From positions 2,251,096 to 2,315,095 of the forward strand of contig OZ240206.1 of the NCBI GenBank assembly GCA_965197405.1: 64,000 bases of DNA, written 5' to 3'. Below the pieces are notes generated by a model. That model was given only the letters and a program-made list of their open reading frames with translations, did not search any database and had not been told where the DNA came from. This document shows, piece by piece, positions 26,831 to 37,302 of this stretch (positions within the stretch are counted from its first letter, which is position 1; each line of letters opens with the position of its first letter). The DNA comes from Dehalococcoidia bacterium (lineage in GTDB: Bacteria > Chloroflexota > Dehalococcoidia > Lucifugimonadales > JAGWBF01). Both the position numbers and the translations under genes were made by a program.

Positions 26831-26938
26831 CACTTCCTCTCCCTCGACGGGAGAGGATTGAGGTGAGGGTGATGCGACGGCGCCCCCTCATCCTAACCTT
26901 CTCCCACCAGGGGAGAAGGGACTTCTTGAACACCCTCT
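26831..26938. repeat. second copy (deletion variant) of the 'C' hairpin element
   Basis: Reads CACTTCCTCTCCCTCGACGGGAGAGGATTGAGGTGAGGGTGATGCGACGGCGCCCCCTCATCC..CCTTCTCCCACCAGGGGAGAAGGGACTT. It aligns with 683-816 minus the second arm of the middle hairpin. Confidence 0.8.
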
Positions 26939-26957
26939 CAGATTCCATGTTGGAAAG

Positions 26958-28097
26958 CTAGCGTGGACTGGGCAGCGCTTCCGCCACTTCCCGGGCCCTC
27001 GCCCTGGCCCAGTCGTCCGCTGCCAGGATGTCCTCCAGATTTTCCCCGGGTGACGGGCTGTGGTCTTCCAGCACCCTCGCCATTGTCCTGTAGATGTCCA
27101 TGAACCCTATCTTGCCATCGAGGAAGAGCTTCACGGCCACCTCGTCGGCGGCGCTGAGCACGGCCGGATAGGTGCCTCCCTTTTTGCCTGCTTCCACCGC
27201 CAGGTTGAAGCAGGGATAGCGGTCGCTCTCCAGGGGCTGGAAGGTGAGGGAGTGGGCCATGCCGGTGTCCAGCCGGGGGATTTGCTGGTTCTGGAGGCGG
27301 GTTGGGTAAAACAGGGAATACTGTATCGGCAGGCGCATATCGGGCGGGCCGAGCTGTGCCTTCACCGAGCCGTCGGCCAACTCAACCATAGAATGGACAA
27401 TGCTCTGAGGGTGCACCACTACCTCTATTCTATCCCAGGGTGCGTCGAAAAGCCAGTGGGCCTCTATCACCTCGAAGGCCTTGTTCATCAACGTGGCCGA
27501 GTCTATCGTTATTTTTTGGCCCATGCTCCAGGTCGGGTGCTTCAGGGCCTCCTCCGGCGTGACCTTCTCCATTTCCTCCAGGGGAGTGGTGCGAAAGGGG
27601 CCCCCGGAGGCGGTTATTATGATGCGACGGATGGGGTCCTCCTCCCCTTGAAGGCACTGCCAGATGGCGCTGGGCTCGCTGTCCACGGGCAGAAGGGCGC
27701 CGCCGTTGGAGTCGGCCAGGGACCTCACCAGCCCTCCGGCCATGATGATAACCTCCTTGTTAGCCAGGGCCACAGTCTTTCCCTCTTCCAGGGCGCGGAC
27801 AGTCGGCACCAGGCCCACGCCGCCGATGGTAGCCGCCATTATTAGCTCGGCGTCGGGCTGGCAGACCATCTCCTCCATGGGGACGTAGGTTACACCTTCG
27901 GGAAGGTGTTCATTGCGCTCCTGGGAGATGCAGCAGGCGAAGCGAGGCTTGAACTCTTCTAGCTGCTCCCCGAAAAGCTCCAGGTTGAGTCCGGCAGCGA
28001 GGCCCACTACCTCGAACTCTCCTGGAAACGCCCTGACAACATCGAGGGTCTGGCGTCCTATGGACCCGGTTGACCCCAAGATTACCAATCTCTTCAT
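26958..28097 (-). CDS. dxr: 1-deoxy-D-xylulose 5-phosphate reductoisomerase
   Basis: ILGSTGSIG NADPH motif, LANKE, and a HPxWxMG-type motif (HPTWSMG). Confidence 0.9.
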   Translation of the reverse strand: MKRLVILGSTGSIGRQTLDVVRAFPGEFEVVGLAAGLNLELFGEQLEEFKPRFACCISQERNEHLPEGVTYVPMEEMVCQPDAELIMAATIGGVGLVPTVRALEEGKTVALANKEVIIMAGGLVRSLADSNGGALLPVDSEPSAIWQCLQGEEDPIRRIIITASGGPFRTTPLEEMEKVTPEEALKHPTWSMGQKITIDSATLMNKAFEVIEAHWLFDAPWDRIEVVVHPQSIVHSMVELADGSVKAQLGPPDMRLPIQYSLFYPTRLQNQQIPRLDTGMAHSLTFQPLESDRYPCFNLAVEAGKKGGTYPAVLSAADEVAVKLFLDGKIGFMDIYRTMARVLEDHSPSPGENLEDILAADDWARARAREVAEALPSPR

Positions 28098-28170
28098 GGC
28101 TCTAACACCTCACACCCCGCTGTAATACCAGCAGCCCATCAGGATGAAAGCACCAGCCTACTAAAATCTC

Positions 28171-28358
28171 CAGCGTCTCTTCATTGTCACCCCGAGCGAT
28201 AGCGAGGGGTCTAAAATCCTTTTCCTCGGTGTAGGTTTGTTCGTGAGGCATTTTAGATTCCTCACTCCGCTTCGCTCCGTTCGGAATGACGCGCGGTGGG
28301 CGCCTGTATTCACCTAACGTCCCTGCCTGACCGCAGGTAGGGAGAATGAGACGACCCT
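28171..28358 (+). mobile_element. MITE-like element, full copy (188 bp) between dxr and cdsA
   Basis: Left end is CAGCGTCTCTTCATTGTCACCCCGAGCGATAGCGAGGGGTCTAAAATCC. Right end is ..TTAGATTCCTCACTCCGCTTCGCTCCGTTCGGAATGAC..GGGAGAATGAGACGACCCT. Confidence 0.8.
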
Positions 28359-28381
28359 ATTAAGACCTCCGGGATAGACTG

Positions 28382-29386
28382 CTAGCCGGACGATTTCAAC
28401 ACCAGCGCGACAAGATAATACACCACCGGCAGGGTGAAGACAATCGAGTCCAGCCGGTCTAAAAACCCCCCGTGGCCTGGAAGGATACTTCCGGCGTCCT
28501 TGACCCCGGTGGCCCTCTTGAGACGAGACTCCGCCAGATCTCCCAGCTGGGCGAATACCCCTATGACCGCCCCCATCAAGGCGGCTTGCCAAAGGGGTAC
28601 TGACAATTGTAATGGAACTCCCAGGCCCACAGCAATGCCAACAGCCCACACAAATCCGCCAACTGCCCCCTCCCACGTCTTGTTGGGGCTTATGGAGGGG
28701 GCCATCGGGTGTCTCCCCACCATCCGGCCCGTGAAGAATGCCCCCGTATCGGTGGCAAAAGTCACCACCAGGGCGAAAAGGAGCCAGTCCCTACCGAAAT
28801 TGTCGGCGCCTCCCTCCAGCTCCCGGAGCATCAGGGCGTGGGCCAGGAGGAAGCCCAGGTATACCGGCCCGCCTACAGCGTAGGTCCACGCGGCGAGAGC
28901 GCCGTCCCTGTTGCGGTTGAGGATGAGCCAGGGGAGGGCTATCAGGAGGCCCGCGCCGAGGAGCACGTGGGGAGCGTAATCGTACCACTGGCCGGCGAGC
29001 TGTCCCGTGACGATGAACAGTATAGTCCACAGGCCCCCCAGGAACAGCCAGGGTCTTTTGATTGTCATCCTGAGGAGCGAAGCGACGAAGAATCTAAAGC
29101 TCTTAACTAGGGAATCGGCCTTGACTTGCAGGAGGGATTTTAGACCCCTCACTCCGTTCGGGGTGACAGTTAAACTGCTTGGGGTAACACTCGGACTGTG
29201 CGGGGTGACAATTGAATGGCCTTCCAGGAGGAGAGAGGGTTGGGGGGCGGGAGACATCCGGTAGAGTTCCCACAGTCCCAGCAGGGCTGCCAGGGCCACG
29301 ACAATGGGGAGCCAGGGGAAGCCTCCCCAGACGGCGCCAATGAGAAGGGGTACACCCACCAGGGCGGTAAGTATTCGCTTGATCAA
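28382..29386 (-). CDS. cdsA: phosphatidate cytidylyltransferase carrying a ~60-codon repeat-derived insertion
   Basis: Canonical N-terminus (KRILTALVGVPLLIGAVWGG..) and C-terminal signature SRLKRATGVKDAGSILPGHGGFLDRLDS. 334 aa against about 270 expected. The extra segment (aa ~53-113) is encoded by the MITE at 29048-29228. Confidence 0.85.
   Translation of the reverse strand: MIKRILTALVGVPLLIGAVWGGFPWLPIVVALAALLGLWELYRMSPAPQPSLLLEGHSIVTPHSPSVTPSSLTVTPNGVRGLKSLLQVKADSLVKSFRFFVASLLRMTIKRPWLFLGGLWTILFIVTGQLAGQWYDYAPHVLLGAGLLIALPWLILNRNRDGALAAWTYAVGGPVYLGFLLAHALMLRELEGGADNFGRDWLLFALVVTFATDTGAFFTGRMVGRHPMAPSISPNKTWEGAVGGFVWAVGIAVGLGVPLQLSVPLWQAALMGAVIGVFAQLGDLAESRLKRATGVKDAGSILPGHGGFLDRLDSIVFTLPVVYYLVALVLKSSG
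29048..29228 (-). mobile_element. MITE-like element inserted inside the cdsA reading frame
   Basis: Left end is CCAGGGTCTTTTGATTGTCATCCTGAGGAGCGAAGCGACGAAGAATCTAAAG. It continues ..ATTTTAGACCCCTCACTCCGTTCGGGGTGAC.. and ends GTGACAATTGAATGGCCTTCCAGG. Same module order as the intergenic copies. No stop codon in the cdsA frame. Confidence 0.8.
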
Positions 29387-29408
29387 TCCCCAGCCTTCGG
29401 GACCCCGC

Positions 29409-30161
29409 TCAGGCTGGGGGGCGCTCCGGTAGGAGGGTCCCGAAGCGTCTCTTTCGGCAGCTGAAAGACTCTATAGCTCTGTCTATGTCTGCCTCCCCTA
29501 CGTCCGGCCACGGGGTTGATGTGGGATAGTATTCACTGTAGGCGGACTGCCACAGGAGGAAGTTGCTCAGGCGCAACTCGCCGCCGGTACGGATTATGAG
29601 GTCCGGGTCGGGCATATGGGCGGTGTACAGATAGCGGCTGAAGGCGGCTTCATCCAGCTGCTCAAGCGGGGCACCCTCCCGTATTACCCGTTTTACGGCT
29701 TCCAGGATTTCAGACCGGCCACCGTAGTCGAAGGCCACGCTCAGGGTGATGACGCTGTTATCTTTGGTCAACTCCTGGGCGTAGGTTATAGACTGCTGTA
29801 GCTCGGGGGAGAGGCGGTCCGTTCTGCCCAGGTGAAGTATGCGGACGCCCATTTCGTGAAGGACCTGGGTCTCCTTATGGATGGCATCGTGCAGTATGGT
29901 CATCAGGCCTTCCACCTCTTCGGTGGGGCGGTTCCAGTTCTCGGTGGAAAAGGCATAGACGGTGACATATTCCACGCCATAATCCGACAGGCACTCGATT
30001 ATGGGACGTATATTATCAACGCCCGACCTGTGCCCTGCGAGGCGCGGCAGTCCACGCTGCATTGCCCACCGCCCGTTGCCATCCATGATGATAGCCACAT
30101 GGCGGGGGATTTGCAGGGCATCTTCCCTCACTTTAGCCTTGGGCTTACCCTTGAGTCCCAT
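29409..30161 (-). CDS. uppS: isoprenyl (undecaprenyl) diphosphate synthase
   Basis: HVAIIMDGNGRWA and RTGGELRLSNFLLWQSAYSE motifs. Confidence 0.9.
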   Translation of the reverse strand: MGLKGKPKAKVREDALQIPRHVAIIMDGNGRWAMQRGLPRLAGHRSGVDNIRPIIECLSDYGVEYVTVYAFSTENWNRPTEEVEGLMTILHDAIHKETQVLHEMGVRILHLGRTDRLSPELQQSITYAQELTKDNSVITLSVAFDYGGRSEILEAVKRVIREGAPLEQLDEAAFSRYLYTAHMPDPDLIIRTGGELRLSNFLLWQSAYSEYYPTSTPWPDVGEADIDRAIESFSCRKRRFGTLLPERPPA

Positions 30162-30184
30162 TTCCAGTCCAGACTCAGCCGTTC

Positions 30185-30772
30185 TTAGACCTGCATTATC
30201 TCGGTCTCCTTCTCTACGGAGACCTGGTCCATCTGGGCGATGTAGGAGTCAGTGGTTTTCTGGAGCCGCTCCTGGGCCCTGCGGTTGTTGTCCTGGGAGA
30301 GGACCTTGTTGCGCTCCATGCTTCGCAGGTGCTCCAGGGCGTCGCGACGCACGTTGCGAACGGCTATCTTCCCGTCTTCTATCCTCTTTTTCAGCACGCG
30401 CACCAGCTCTTTGCGGCGCTCCTGGCTCAGAAGTCCGATGGGTATCCTTATGATGGTCCCGTCATTGGAAGGGTTGAAGCCCATGTCCGACTTGAGCAGG
30501 CTTTTCTCTATCTCACGCAAGCTTTGCCTGTCCCAGGGCTGGACCATGATGAGCCTGGCCTCCGGAGCGGAGATGGTGGCCATCTGGTTCAGAGGGGTTG
30601 GGACGCCGTAGTAGTCTATCGTGATGTTCTCTATCAGGGCGGGGGTAGCCCGGCCCGTGCGGAGGGAGTTCAGGTCCCTTCGCATGACCTCTACGGCTTT
30701 GCCCATCCGTGAGTCCGCGCCGGATAGCACGTCGTCAACATTTGTATATTCGTCTTCTTTTTGAGCTGGCAT
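30185..30772 (-). CDS. frr: ribosome recycling factor
   Basis: LRTGRATPALIENI and IRIPIGLLSQERRKELVR motifs. The start may be internal. Confidence 0.9.
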   Translation of the reverse strand: MPAQKEDEYTNVDDVLSGADSRMGKAVEVMRRDLNSLRTGRATPALIENITIDYYGVPTPLNQMATISAPEARLIMVQPWDRQSLREIEKSLLKSDMGFNPSNDGTIIRIPIGLLSQERRKELVRVLKKRIEDGKIAVRNVRRDALEHLRSMERNKVLSQDNNRRAQERLQKTTDSYIAQMDQVSVEKETEIMQV

Positions 30773-30774
30773 GT

Positions 30775-31515
<741 letters not shown>

Positions 31516-32022
31516 TCATTCTCCCAGTGCGAATCTGGCAAACCGCCTGACCCTGACGTTTTCTCCTACTTTCGCTATCACATCCTGGACTACATCCCGC
31601 ACGGTACGAGAGGGGTCCTTTATGTAGGACTGGTCGAGAAGAGACACCTCCTCGATGGGGCGTGTCTCTTCGTGGTCCATCTCACTTTGATCAACGTAAG
31701 AAGTTGATGGCATAGCCGCCACCTGCATGGCCAAGTCGTGGGCAAGCTCCTTCAGGTCGGGTGTACGCGCCACGAAATCGGTCTCGCAGTCCAACTCTAT
31801 CAGAGCGCCCAGCCGCGCCCCTGTATGGATGTAGGCTTCCACGACCCCTTCTCGGGTCTCCCGGCTCACCCTCTTGGCGGCGTCGGCCAGCCCCTTCTCT
31901 CTCAGGAGTTCCGTTGCCCGCGCCTCGTCACCGTCCGCCTCTTCGAGGGCGCGCTTGCAGTCCATGATGCCTGCCCCGGTCTTCTGGCGGAGGTCCCTTA
32001 TCATGTCTACCGTTACCTCCAA
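31516..32022 (-). CDS. tsf: elongation factor Ts (short 168-aa form)
   Basis: UBA-like N-terminus IRDLRQKTGAGIMDCKRALEE and the TDFVA motif. Confidence 0.85.
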   Translation of the reverse strand: MEVTVDMIRDLRQKTGAGIMDCKRALEEADGDEARATELLREKGLADAAKRVSRETREGVVEAYIHTGARLGALIELDCETDFVARTPDLKELAHDLAMQVAAMPSTSYVDQSEMDHEETRPIEEVSLLDQSYIKDPSRTVRDVVQDVIAKVGENVRVRRFARFALGE

Positions 32023-32143
32023 GGCCGTCCTCCTGTTGCTCCTGATATTGACCGGAACAGCCTCAGTCCTGCGTCTCCTGCTGGGCTATGCGGTCCTCCT
32101 CCCGACTCTCTCCAAAGGCTTCTCCGACGCCAGTCGGCACGGC

Positions 32144-33076
32144 TTACGCAGGCCCCCCCGCGTTGGCGGACGGCCCTTCATCCACCGCCGTGAGGGGTCC
32201 CGGGTCCCTCGCCAGGAAGGCTTGGGATAGCTCTCCGCCGTCCCCCGGTGGGACCTCGGCCTCTCCCATATCCGCGAAGTCGTCGCCTATCATCAGGGAT
32301 GGCACGTCCTCTTCACCGACCTCATCAACGAACTCCTCTTCCGCTTTCATGGCGGCTTCCCTCAGCCGTTGTCCTTCGATGACTGCGTCGGCCATGCGTC
32401 CCGACATGAGCCGGACGGACCTTATGGCGTCATCGTTGCCCGGGATGGGGCATGTTATGAGCTCCGGGTCACAGTTGCTATCCACAACGGCGATTACCGG
32501 TATGCCTATGCGCCGGACCTCGGCCACGCATATGTCTTCCTTCTCGATGTCTATTACGAAGAGGGCGCCCGGCAGGGTTTTCATATCCCGCATCCCACCA
32601 AAATACTTCTCAAGGCGGGCCATCTCCTCGTCCAGCTTCAGGATTTCCCTCTTGGTAAGCGCGTTGAGTTGGCCTCTCTCCTTCTTCTCCTCCAGGGAGA
32701 TCATGTAGTCTATACGGGAGCGGATGGTCTGGAAATTGGTGAGGGTCCCCCCCAGCCAGCGTTGGTTCACATAAGGCATACCGCAGCGCTTGGCCTCCGT
32801 TTGTATGGCGTCCTGGGCCTGCTTTTTCGTCCCAACGAAAAGGATGTTGCCTCCATTGGCGACGATTTGGGTCACGGCTTTAGCCGCCTCTTCCAGCAGC
32901 ACCAGGGTCTTTTGCAGGTCTATAATGTGGATGCCATTGCGGTGGGTGAAGATGAACCGCTTCATGTGGGGGTTCCAACGACGGGTCTGGTGCCCGAAGT
33001 GGACTCCCGCTTCGAGAAGGGATTTCATAGTTATGGGGTCTCTGTGGGTGACTGTACCTCCTGTGGTCTGTACCAT
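32144..33076 (-). CDS. rpsB: 30S ribosomal protein S2 with an acidic C-terminal extension
   Basis: [17 protein letters not shown] and VDSNCDP motifs. About 60 extra acidic C-terminal residues. Confidence 0.9.
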   Translation of the reverse strand: MVQTTGGTVTHRDPITMKSLLEAGVHFGHQTRRWNPHMKRFIFTHRNGIHIIDLQKTLVLLEEAAKAVTQIVANGGNILFVGTKKQAQDAIQTEAKRCGMPYVNQRWLGGTLTNFQTIRSRIDYMISLEEKKERGQLNALTKREILKLDEEMARLEKYFGGMRDMKTLPGALFVIDIEKEDICVAEVRRIGIPVIAVVDSNCDPELITCPIPGNDDAIRSVRLMSGRMADAVIEGQRLREAAMKAEEEFVDEVGEEDVPSLMIGDDFADMGEAEVPPGDGGELSQAFLARDPGPLTAVDEGPSANAGGPA

Positions 33077-33224
33077 AGGACCTGCCTTTCTTTCTGCTTA
33101 AGCCTGCATCCGGACACGGGCTATGCCATGACGTGAGACTGGAGTGGGCCTGCATCGCCCCATGTGCCGGTCCGGGCGTTCAGGGCTATAAGCCTTCTTA
33201 AACGCTATTTGGAATGCTAGGATG

Positions 33225-33253
33225 AGTATAGCACAGCCTTCATCTCCAGGCAA
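33225..33253 (-). promoter_or_regulatory. sigma70-type promoter candidate for rpsB-tsf-pyrH-frr
   Basis: Minus strand: TTGCCT (33253-33248), 17 nt spacer, TATACT (33230-33225), about 150 nt upstream of the rpsB ATG. Confidence 0.4.
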
Positions 33254-33275
33254 CCGCGTGATTATCGCGATTCCT

Positions 33276-34160
33276 CTACCGGAAAGCGGGCGCGACGTCC
33301 CGGGCTAGCATCTCTACCGAGGCCAGTATCTCCTGGGGGTCTCCTGTATTGGGGGAGACGACTATTTCCTCCACGCCGAGCTTCTCGAAGGCCCTGGCGT
33401 TCTGAAGGACCTCTTCCGGGCCTCTGCCCAGGGAGTATTGCCCGGGAGATCGGGGGATGCCTGTATCGAGTCTGATGGAGACGGGTATCTCCGATGCGTC
33501 CCTGCCGGCGGCCTGGGCGCGTTCCCGGAGGTAGCGTACCCTCTGGTCCAGCTCCTCCGGAGGAAGTGTAGAGGCGTGCCAGCCGTTGCCCATACGCACC
33601 GCCCGCCGGATTGCCGCGTAGCTGATTCCCCCGACCAGAAGGGGTATGTGGGGCTTCTGCCGGGGTTTCGGCGCGAATTTCATGCCCGAGAAGCTGTGGT
33701 ATTTCCCATGAAAGCTGGGGTCCTCCCGGGTCCATAGCTCCTTCATAATGGCGATGGCCTCGTTGCTCATGGCCCCTCTCTCGGCGAAGGGACTGCCCAT
33801 AGCCTGCAACTCCTGCTCTATTACGCCAACTCCCACGCCCAGCACCAGCCTGCCGCCGGACATGACGTCCAGGGTTGCCGCGGTCTTGGCCAGCCTTATG
33901 GGATTGTGGTAAGGGAGCACCAGGACAGAGGTGCCCAGGCGCACTCTTTTTGTTATTGCCGCTACATAGCTGAGAATCGTCAAAGGGTCGTAATAAGGCT
34001 TGTTCCCGATTCTGTCGAAGATATAGCTCACGTTGAAGACGTGCTCGCTGACCCATACGGAGTCGAACCCCAACTCCTCCGCCCTGGTGGCCACTTGAAA
34101 GATGGACTGCACGTCCTCGATGCCCCAGTTATTGGGTATGCAGATACCGAACTTCATCAT
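33276..34160 (-). CDS. luciferase-like (LLM class, probably F420/flavin-dependent) oxidoreductase
   Basis: MKFGICIP N-terminus, SVWVSEH, and a GGRLVLGVGVG motif. Start chosen at ATG 34160 behind GGAGGAAGG; the ORF track extends to 34283. Confidence 0.75.
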   Translation of the reverse strand: MMKFGICIPNNWGIEDVQSIFQVATRAEELGFDSVWVSEHVFNVSYIFDRIGNKPYYDPLTILSYVAAITKRVRLGTSVLVLPYHNPIRLAKTAATLDVMSGGRLVLGVGVGVIEQELQAMGSPFAERGAMSNEAIAIMKELWTREDPSFHGKYHSFSGMKFAPKPRQKPHIPLLVGGISYAAIRRAVRMGNGWHASTLPPEELDQRVRYLRERAQAAGRDASEIPVSIRLDTGIPRSPGQYSLGRGPEEVLQNARAFEKLGVEEIVVSPNTGDPQEILASVEMLARDVAPAFR

Positions 34161-34288
34161 GCCTTCCTCCGCCAGGGCATTTTGGAAAACCGGGAGTCCC
34201 CGAAGTCCCCGGAACTCCAATGAGTTCCAGGATCCCAAGAGGATTTTAACCGCAAAGCCTGGCAGTATCAATGCGCTGTCCAATGGGT

Positions 34289-34486
34289 CCAGTGTCTTCC
34301 AATTGTCACCCCGAGCGGAGTGAGGGGTCTAAAGTCCTAGTTGACCGCTGTGTTTTTCTGGCCGGTACGCCTTGATCCCGGTCCCTGTTAGGCGCCATTT
34401 CAGATTCCTCACTCCGCTTCGCTGTGTTCGGAATGACACGCCGCGAGGGCCTGTACTCGCCCAGCGTCGAGAATTGAATGACCCTG
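34289..34486 (+). mobile_element. MITE-like element, full copy (198 bp)
   Basis: Left end is CCAGTGTCTTCCAATTGTCACCCCGAGCGGAGTGAGGGGTCTAAAGTCC. Right end is ..TTCAGATTCCTCACTCCGCTTCGCTGTGTTCGGAATGAC..GTCGAGAATTGAATGACCCTG. Confidence 0.8.
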
Positions 34487-34576
34487 CTGAAGATATGGGC
34501 CGCTATGCCCCCGGCAGGGCCGGTGTGTTAGACTATACGAGATTCGTGAAATAAAGTCTCCGGAGCAGGAGCACGC

Positions 34577-35095
34577 ATGGACGGCGGGGTGCTTGATAGG
34601 GAGAGCATACTGGGGCTTATAAAGGCCCCGGAGCCGCTGATTGCGGGGTATCCGGACCTGGAGGCCCAGCTACAGCCCAACGGCTTCGACCTGACCTTGC
34701 GGGAGGTCCACGAGTTTACATCGGCGGGTGAGACGAGGCCGGGCGCGGGACCATCCACTCTCTCCCGGTCCACCCCGCTTTCCTTCGACGCCGATGACTG
34801 CCTGCACCTGCCGGCGGGCGCGTATATGATAACGCTCAACGAGATAGTGGGCCTGCCCCGCCACGTCATGGCCCTGGCGAGGCCGCGCTCCAGCCTCCTC
34901 CGCTGTGGCGTGGCCATTCATACCGCCGTTTGGGATGCGGGTTACCGGGGGCGCTCCCAGGCCCTCCTGACGGTGCACAACCCCTCCGGGCACCGTCTGT
35001 CGAAAGATGCCCGCCTGTTGCAGATGGTGTTCATCTACATGGCGAGGCCCGTAGAGGAGGGCTACCGGGGCAGGTTCTTGGGAGAGAATATCTAG
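34577..35095 (+). CDS. dCTP deaminase/dUTPase superfamily protein
   Basis: 172 aa. LQPNGFDLTL and ARPRSSLLRCGV..TAVWDAGYRG resemble the Dcd/Dut beta-barrel family. Confidence 0.7.
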   Translation: MDGGVLDRESILGLIKAPEPLIAGYPDLEAQLQPNGFDLTLREVHEFTSAGETRPGAGPSTLSRSTPLSFDADDCLHLPAGAYMITLNEIVGLPRHVMALARPRSSLLRCGVAIHTAVWDAGYRGRSQALLTVHNPSGHRLSKDARLLQMVFIYMARPVEEGYRGRFLGENI

Positions 35096-35120
35096 CTATG
35101 TATGCGGGGAGAAGATACCC

Positions 35121-35777
35121 ATGAGTGAAGGCTTCTCGGCGACGCTCCGGGCGGAGGCCGATGCCATATGGCACGAGATTTTCAACAACCCCTTCCTGAA
35201 GGAGGTCCAGCAGGGCACTCTGCCACTGGAAAAGTTTCGCTACTATCTGGCCCAGGACTATCTGTACCTGGAAGGCTTTGGGAGGGCGGTAGCTCTGGCC
35301 CTTGCCAAAGCCCCTGACTCTCGCAACCTGGAGCTTCTATCTCGCCGGGTCCTCACCCCTGTAGAGCGTCCCCTACATCAGAAGCTGATGGCCCTCGTGG
35401 ACCTATCGGTGGAGGATGTAGAAGAGTTGGGCCATTCTCCCACCAACCTGGCTTACGTCAATCACATGATCAAGACGGCAGCCCTGGGCGGGCTGGGGCA
35501 GACGGCGGCGGCCCTGCTCCCATGCCCCTGGAGCTATCACGAGATTGGCAGTCTGCTGGACCAGGTGGAGCACCCGGTGTACAGCCACTGGGGTTCTCCC
35601 TACAGAGAGGGTATGCTCGAGGAGAGCACCAACGCCTGGAGGTCGTTCCTGGACGAGGAGGCGGCCCTGGCCAGCCCCAGGGAGAGGCAAGCGATGCGCG
35701 AGGCCTTTCTCACCAGCAGCCGCTACGAGTACCTATTCTGGGATATGGCTTACACCCAGCAGGGCTGGCCCGTCTGA
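35121..35777 (+). CDS. tenA: TenA/thiaminase-II family protein
   Basis: 218 aa with F.YYLAQDYLYL and the C-terminal EYLFWDMAY motif. Confidence 0.8.
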   Translation: MSEGFSATLRAEADAIWHEIFNNPFLKEVQQGTLPLEKFRYYLAQDYLYLEGFGRAVALALAKAPDSRNLELLSRRVLTPVERPLHQKLMALVDLSVEDVEELGHSPTNLAYVNHMIKTAALGGLGQTAAALLPCPWSYHEIGSLLDQVEHPVYSHWGSPYREGMLEESTNAWRSFLDEEAALASPRERQAMREAFLTSSRYEYLFWDMAYTQQGWPV

Positions 35778-36145
35778 TGCCGACCCTCAAGGGATGGACC
35801 GGGCGGCATGAAGAAAGCCCAGAGGCCGGGGGCTAGGCCTCCTTGTCAGACCGCTTCTGCCACAGGTATCTGGCGACCAGGGCAATGGCAGCTACGATGA
35901 TAGCGATGAGGACCCATTGCTTCGGAGTTGGACTGTTCACGGTCTTATCCCCTTCCCATGAGTCGCCGGTCGGCGCTCCGGCCCCATGAGTGCGACTCTG
36001 TCTCCCTACCTTACATAATATCAGACGCCGCCCTTCTTGAAAACGGAGTAGCGCTATCAAAAACTTTGATGACAAGTTTCGGATAGATTGGGCGCTCGCC
36101 GTAATGTACTCTCAATATCAGGAATCCACCTAAGGAGTACAAAAA

Positions 36146-37249
36146 ATGGTTGCGACAGTAGACTTCCAAGCCAACACCGACGGACTTGTGGAAAAGGATA
36201 GCTGGTGCGCCGTCCTTGAACGAGATGCTCGCTTTGACGGGAAGTTCGTATATGCCGTTCGCTCCACGCGCGTTTACTGCAAGCCCTCGTGTCCAAGCCG
36301 GCGGCCGGACCGTAAGCAGGTGGCCTTCTTCTCGATGCCCGAGGCGGCAGAGCAGGCGGGTTTCCGCCCTTGCCGCCGCTGCCGTCCCCAGCTACACCCT
36401 TCCCACGATCCCCAGATAGAGATGGTGCGCCGGGTCTGCCAGCACATCAGAAACAATTCCAGGGACAACTCCGAAAGCTTCCCGACTCTGCCCCGGCTGA
36501 GCGCCGGCGTGGGTGTCAGCCCATACCATCTTCAGCGTACGTTCAAGCGGCTGATGGGTATTACACCGCGACAGTACGCCGACGCCTGCCGATTGGGAAC
36601 ACTCAAAGTCAACCTCAAGAACGGGAGAAGTGTGACCGACGCCCTCTATGAGGCTGGATATGGCTCCAGCAGTCGCCTTTATGAGCACTCGTCGGCCCAG
36701 CTTGGCATGACGCCAGCCGCCTACAGACGCGGCGGACCGAGCCTCCATATTGCATATACGTTTGCGGACAGTGCCCTGGGCCTTCTTCTGGTGGCGGCTA
36801 CCCAGCAAGGCGTATGCTCCGTTAGCCTCGGAGATGATGAGATGGCCCTGGAGGAAGCCCTGCGACGCGAGTATATGGCCTCGGAAGTCCGACGGGAAGA
36901 CACGGTCCTGAAAGAGTGGGTGGAAGCCATCCTCCACCACCTCTCCGGGCGGCTCCCCCACCTGGACCTGCCATTGGACATCCGGGCTACCGCCTTCGAA
37001 AGGCTGGTCTGGGAGCAACTCAAGCGCATCCCCTATGGCGAGACGCGCTCTTACGGCGAGATCGGCGCAGCTCTGGGCCGGCCCAAAGCGGCGCGGGCCG
37101 TTGCCAGGGCGTGCGGGGCAAACCCTGTCGCATTGTTGATTCCCTGCCACAGGGCTATCCGCAAAGACGGGAGCGCGGGTGGCTACCGGTGGGGCGCTGC
37201 CCGTAAGGAGGCTTTATTGGCTCGAGAGCGGACTTTGGCAGTAGTGTAA
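36146..37249 (+). CDS. ada: bifunctional Ada: methylphosphotriester-sensing AraC-type activator plus O6-methylguanine-DNA methyltransferase
   Basis: N-terminal Cys4 Zn site (FVYAVRSTRVYCKPSCPSRRP..PCRRC), a central HTH (YHLQRTFK), and the C-terminal active site IPCHRAI. Confidence 0.85.
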   Translation: MVATVDFQANTDGLVEKDSWCAVLERDARFDGKFVYAVRSTRVYCKPSCPSRRPDRKQVAFFSMPEAAEQAGFRPCRRCRPQLHPSHDPQIEMVRRVCQHIRNNSRDNSESFPTLPRLSAGVGVSPYHLQRTFKRLMGITPRQYADACRLGTLKVNLKNGRSVTDALYEAGYGSSSRLYEHSSAQLGMTPAAYRRGGPSLHIAYTFADSALGLLLVAATQQGVCSVSLGDDEMALEEALRREYMASEVRREDTVLKEWVEAILHHLSGRLPHLDLPLDIRATAFERLVWEQLKRIPYGETRSYGEIGAALGRPKAARAVARACGANPVALLIPCHRAIRKDGSAGGYRWGAARKEALLARERTLAVV

Positions 37250-37302
37250 TGGTCGCAATAGCCCCCTGTATCAGGGCCTGCCCATTATAGCGGGTCTTGG
37301 GG

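Noticed and set aside
35822-35841. Bidirectional terminator hairpin GAGGCC-N8-GGCCTC after tenA
   Set aside because: The stem is only 6 bp, with no flanking T/A tract, and it overlaps the stop of the doubtful ORF above. This is too weak to call.
35833-36075. 80-aa minus-strand ORF (possible shorter 35-aa TM peptide from GTG ~35940)
   Set aside because: Only the C-terminal 30 residues look protein-like (a single TM helix). There is no homology signal and the start is ambiguous, so it was left uncalled.
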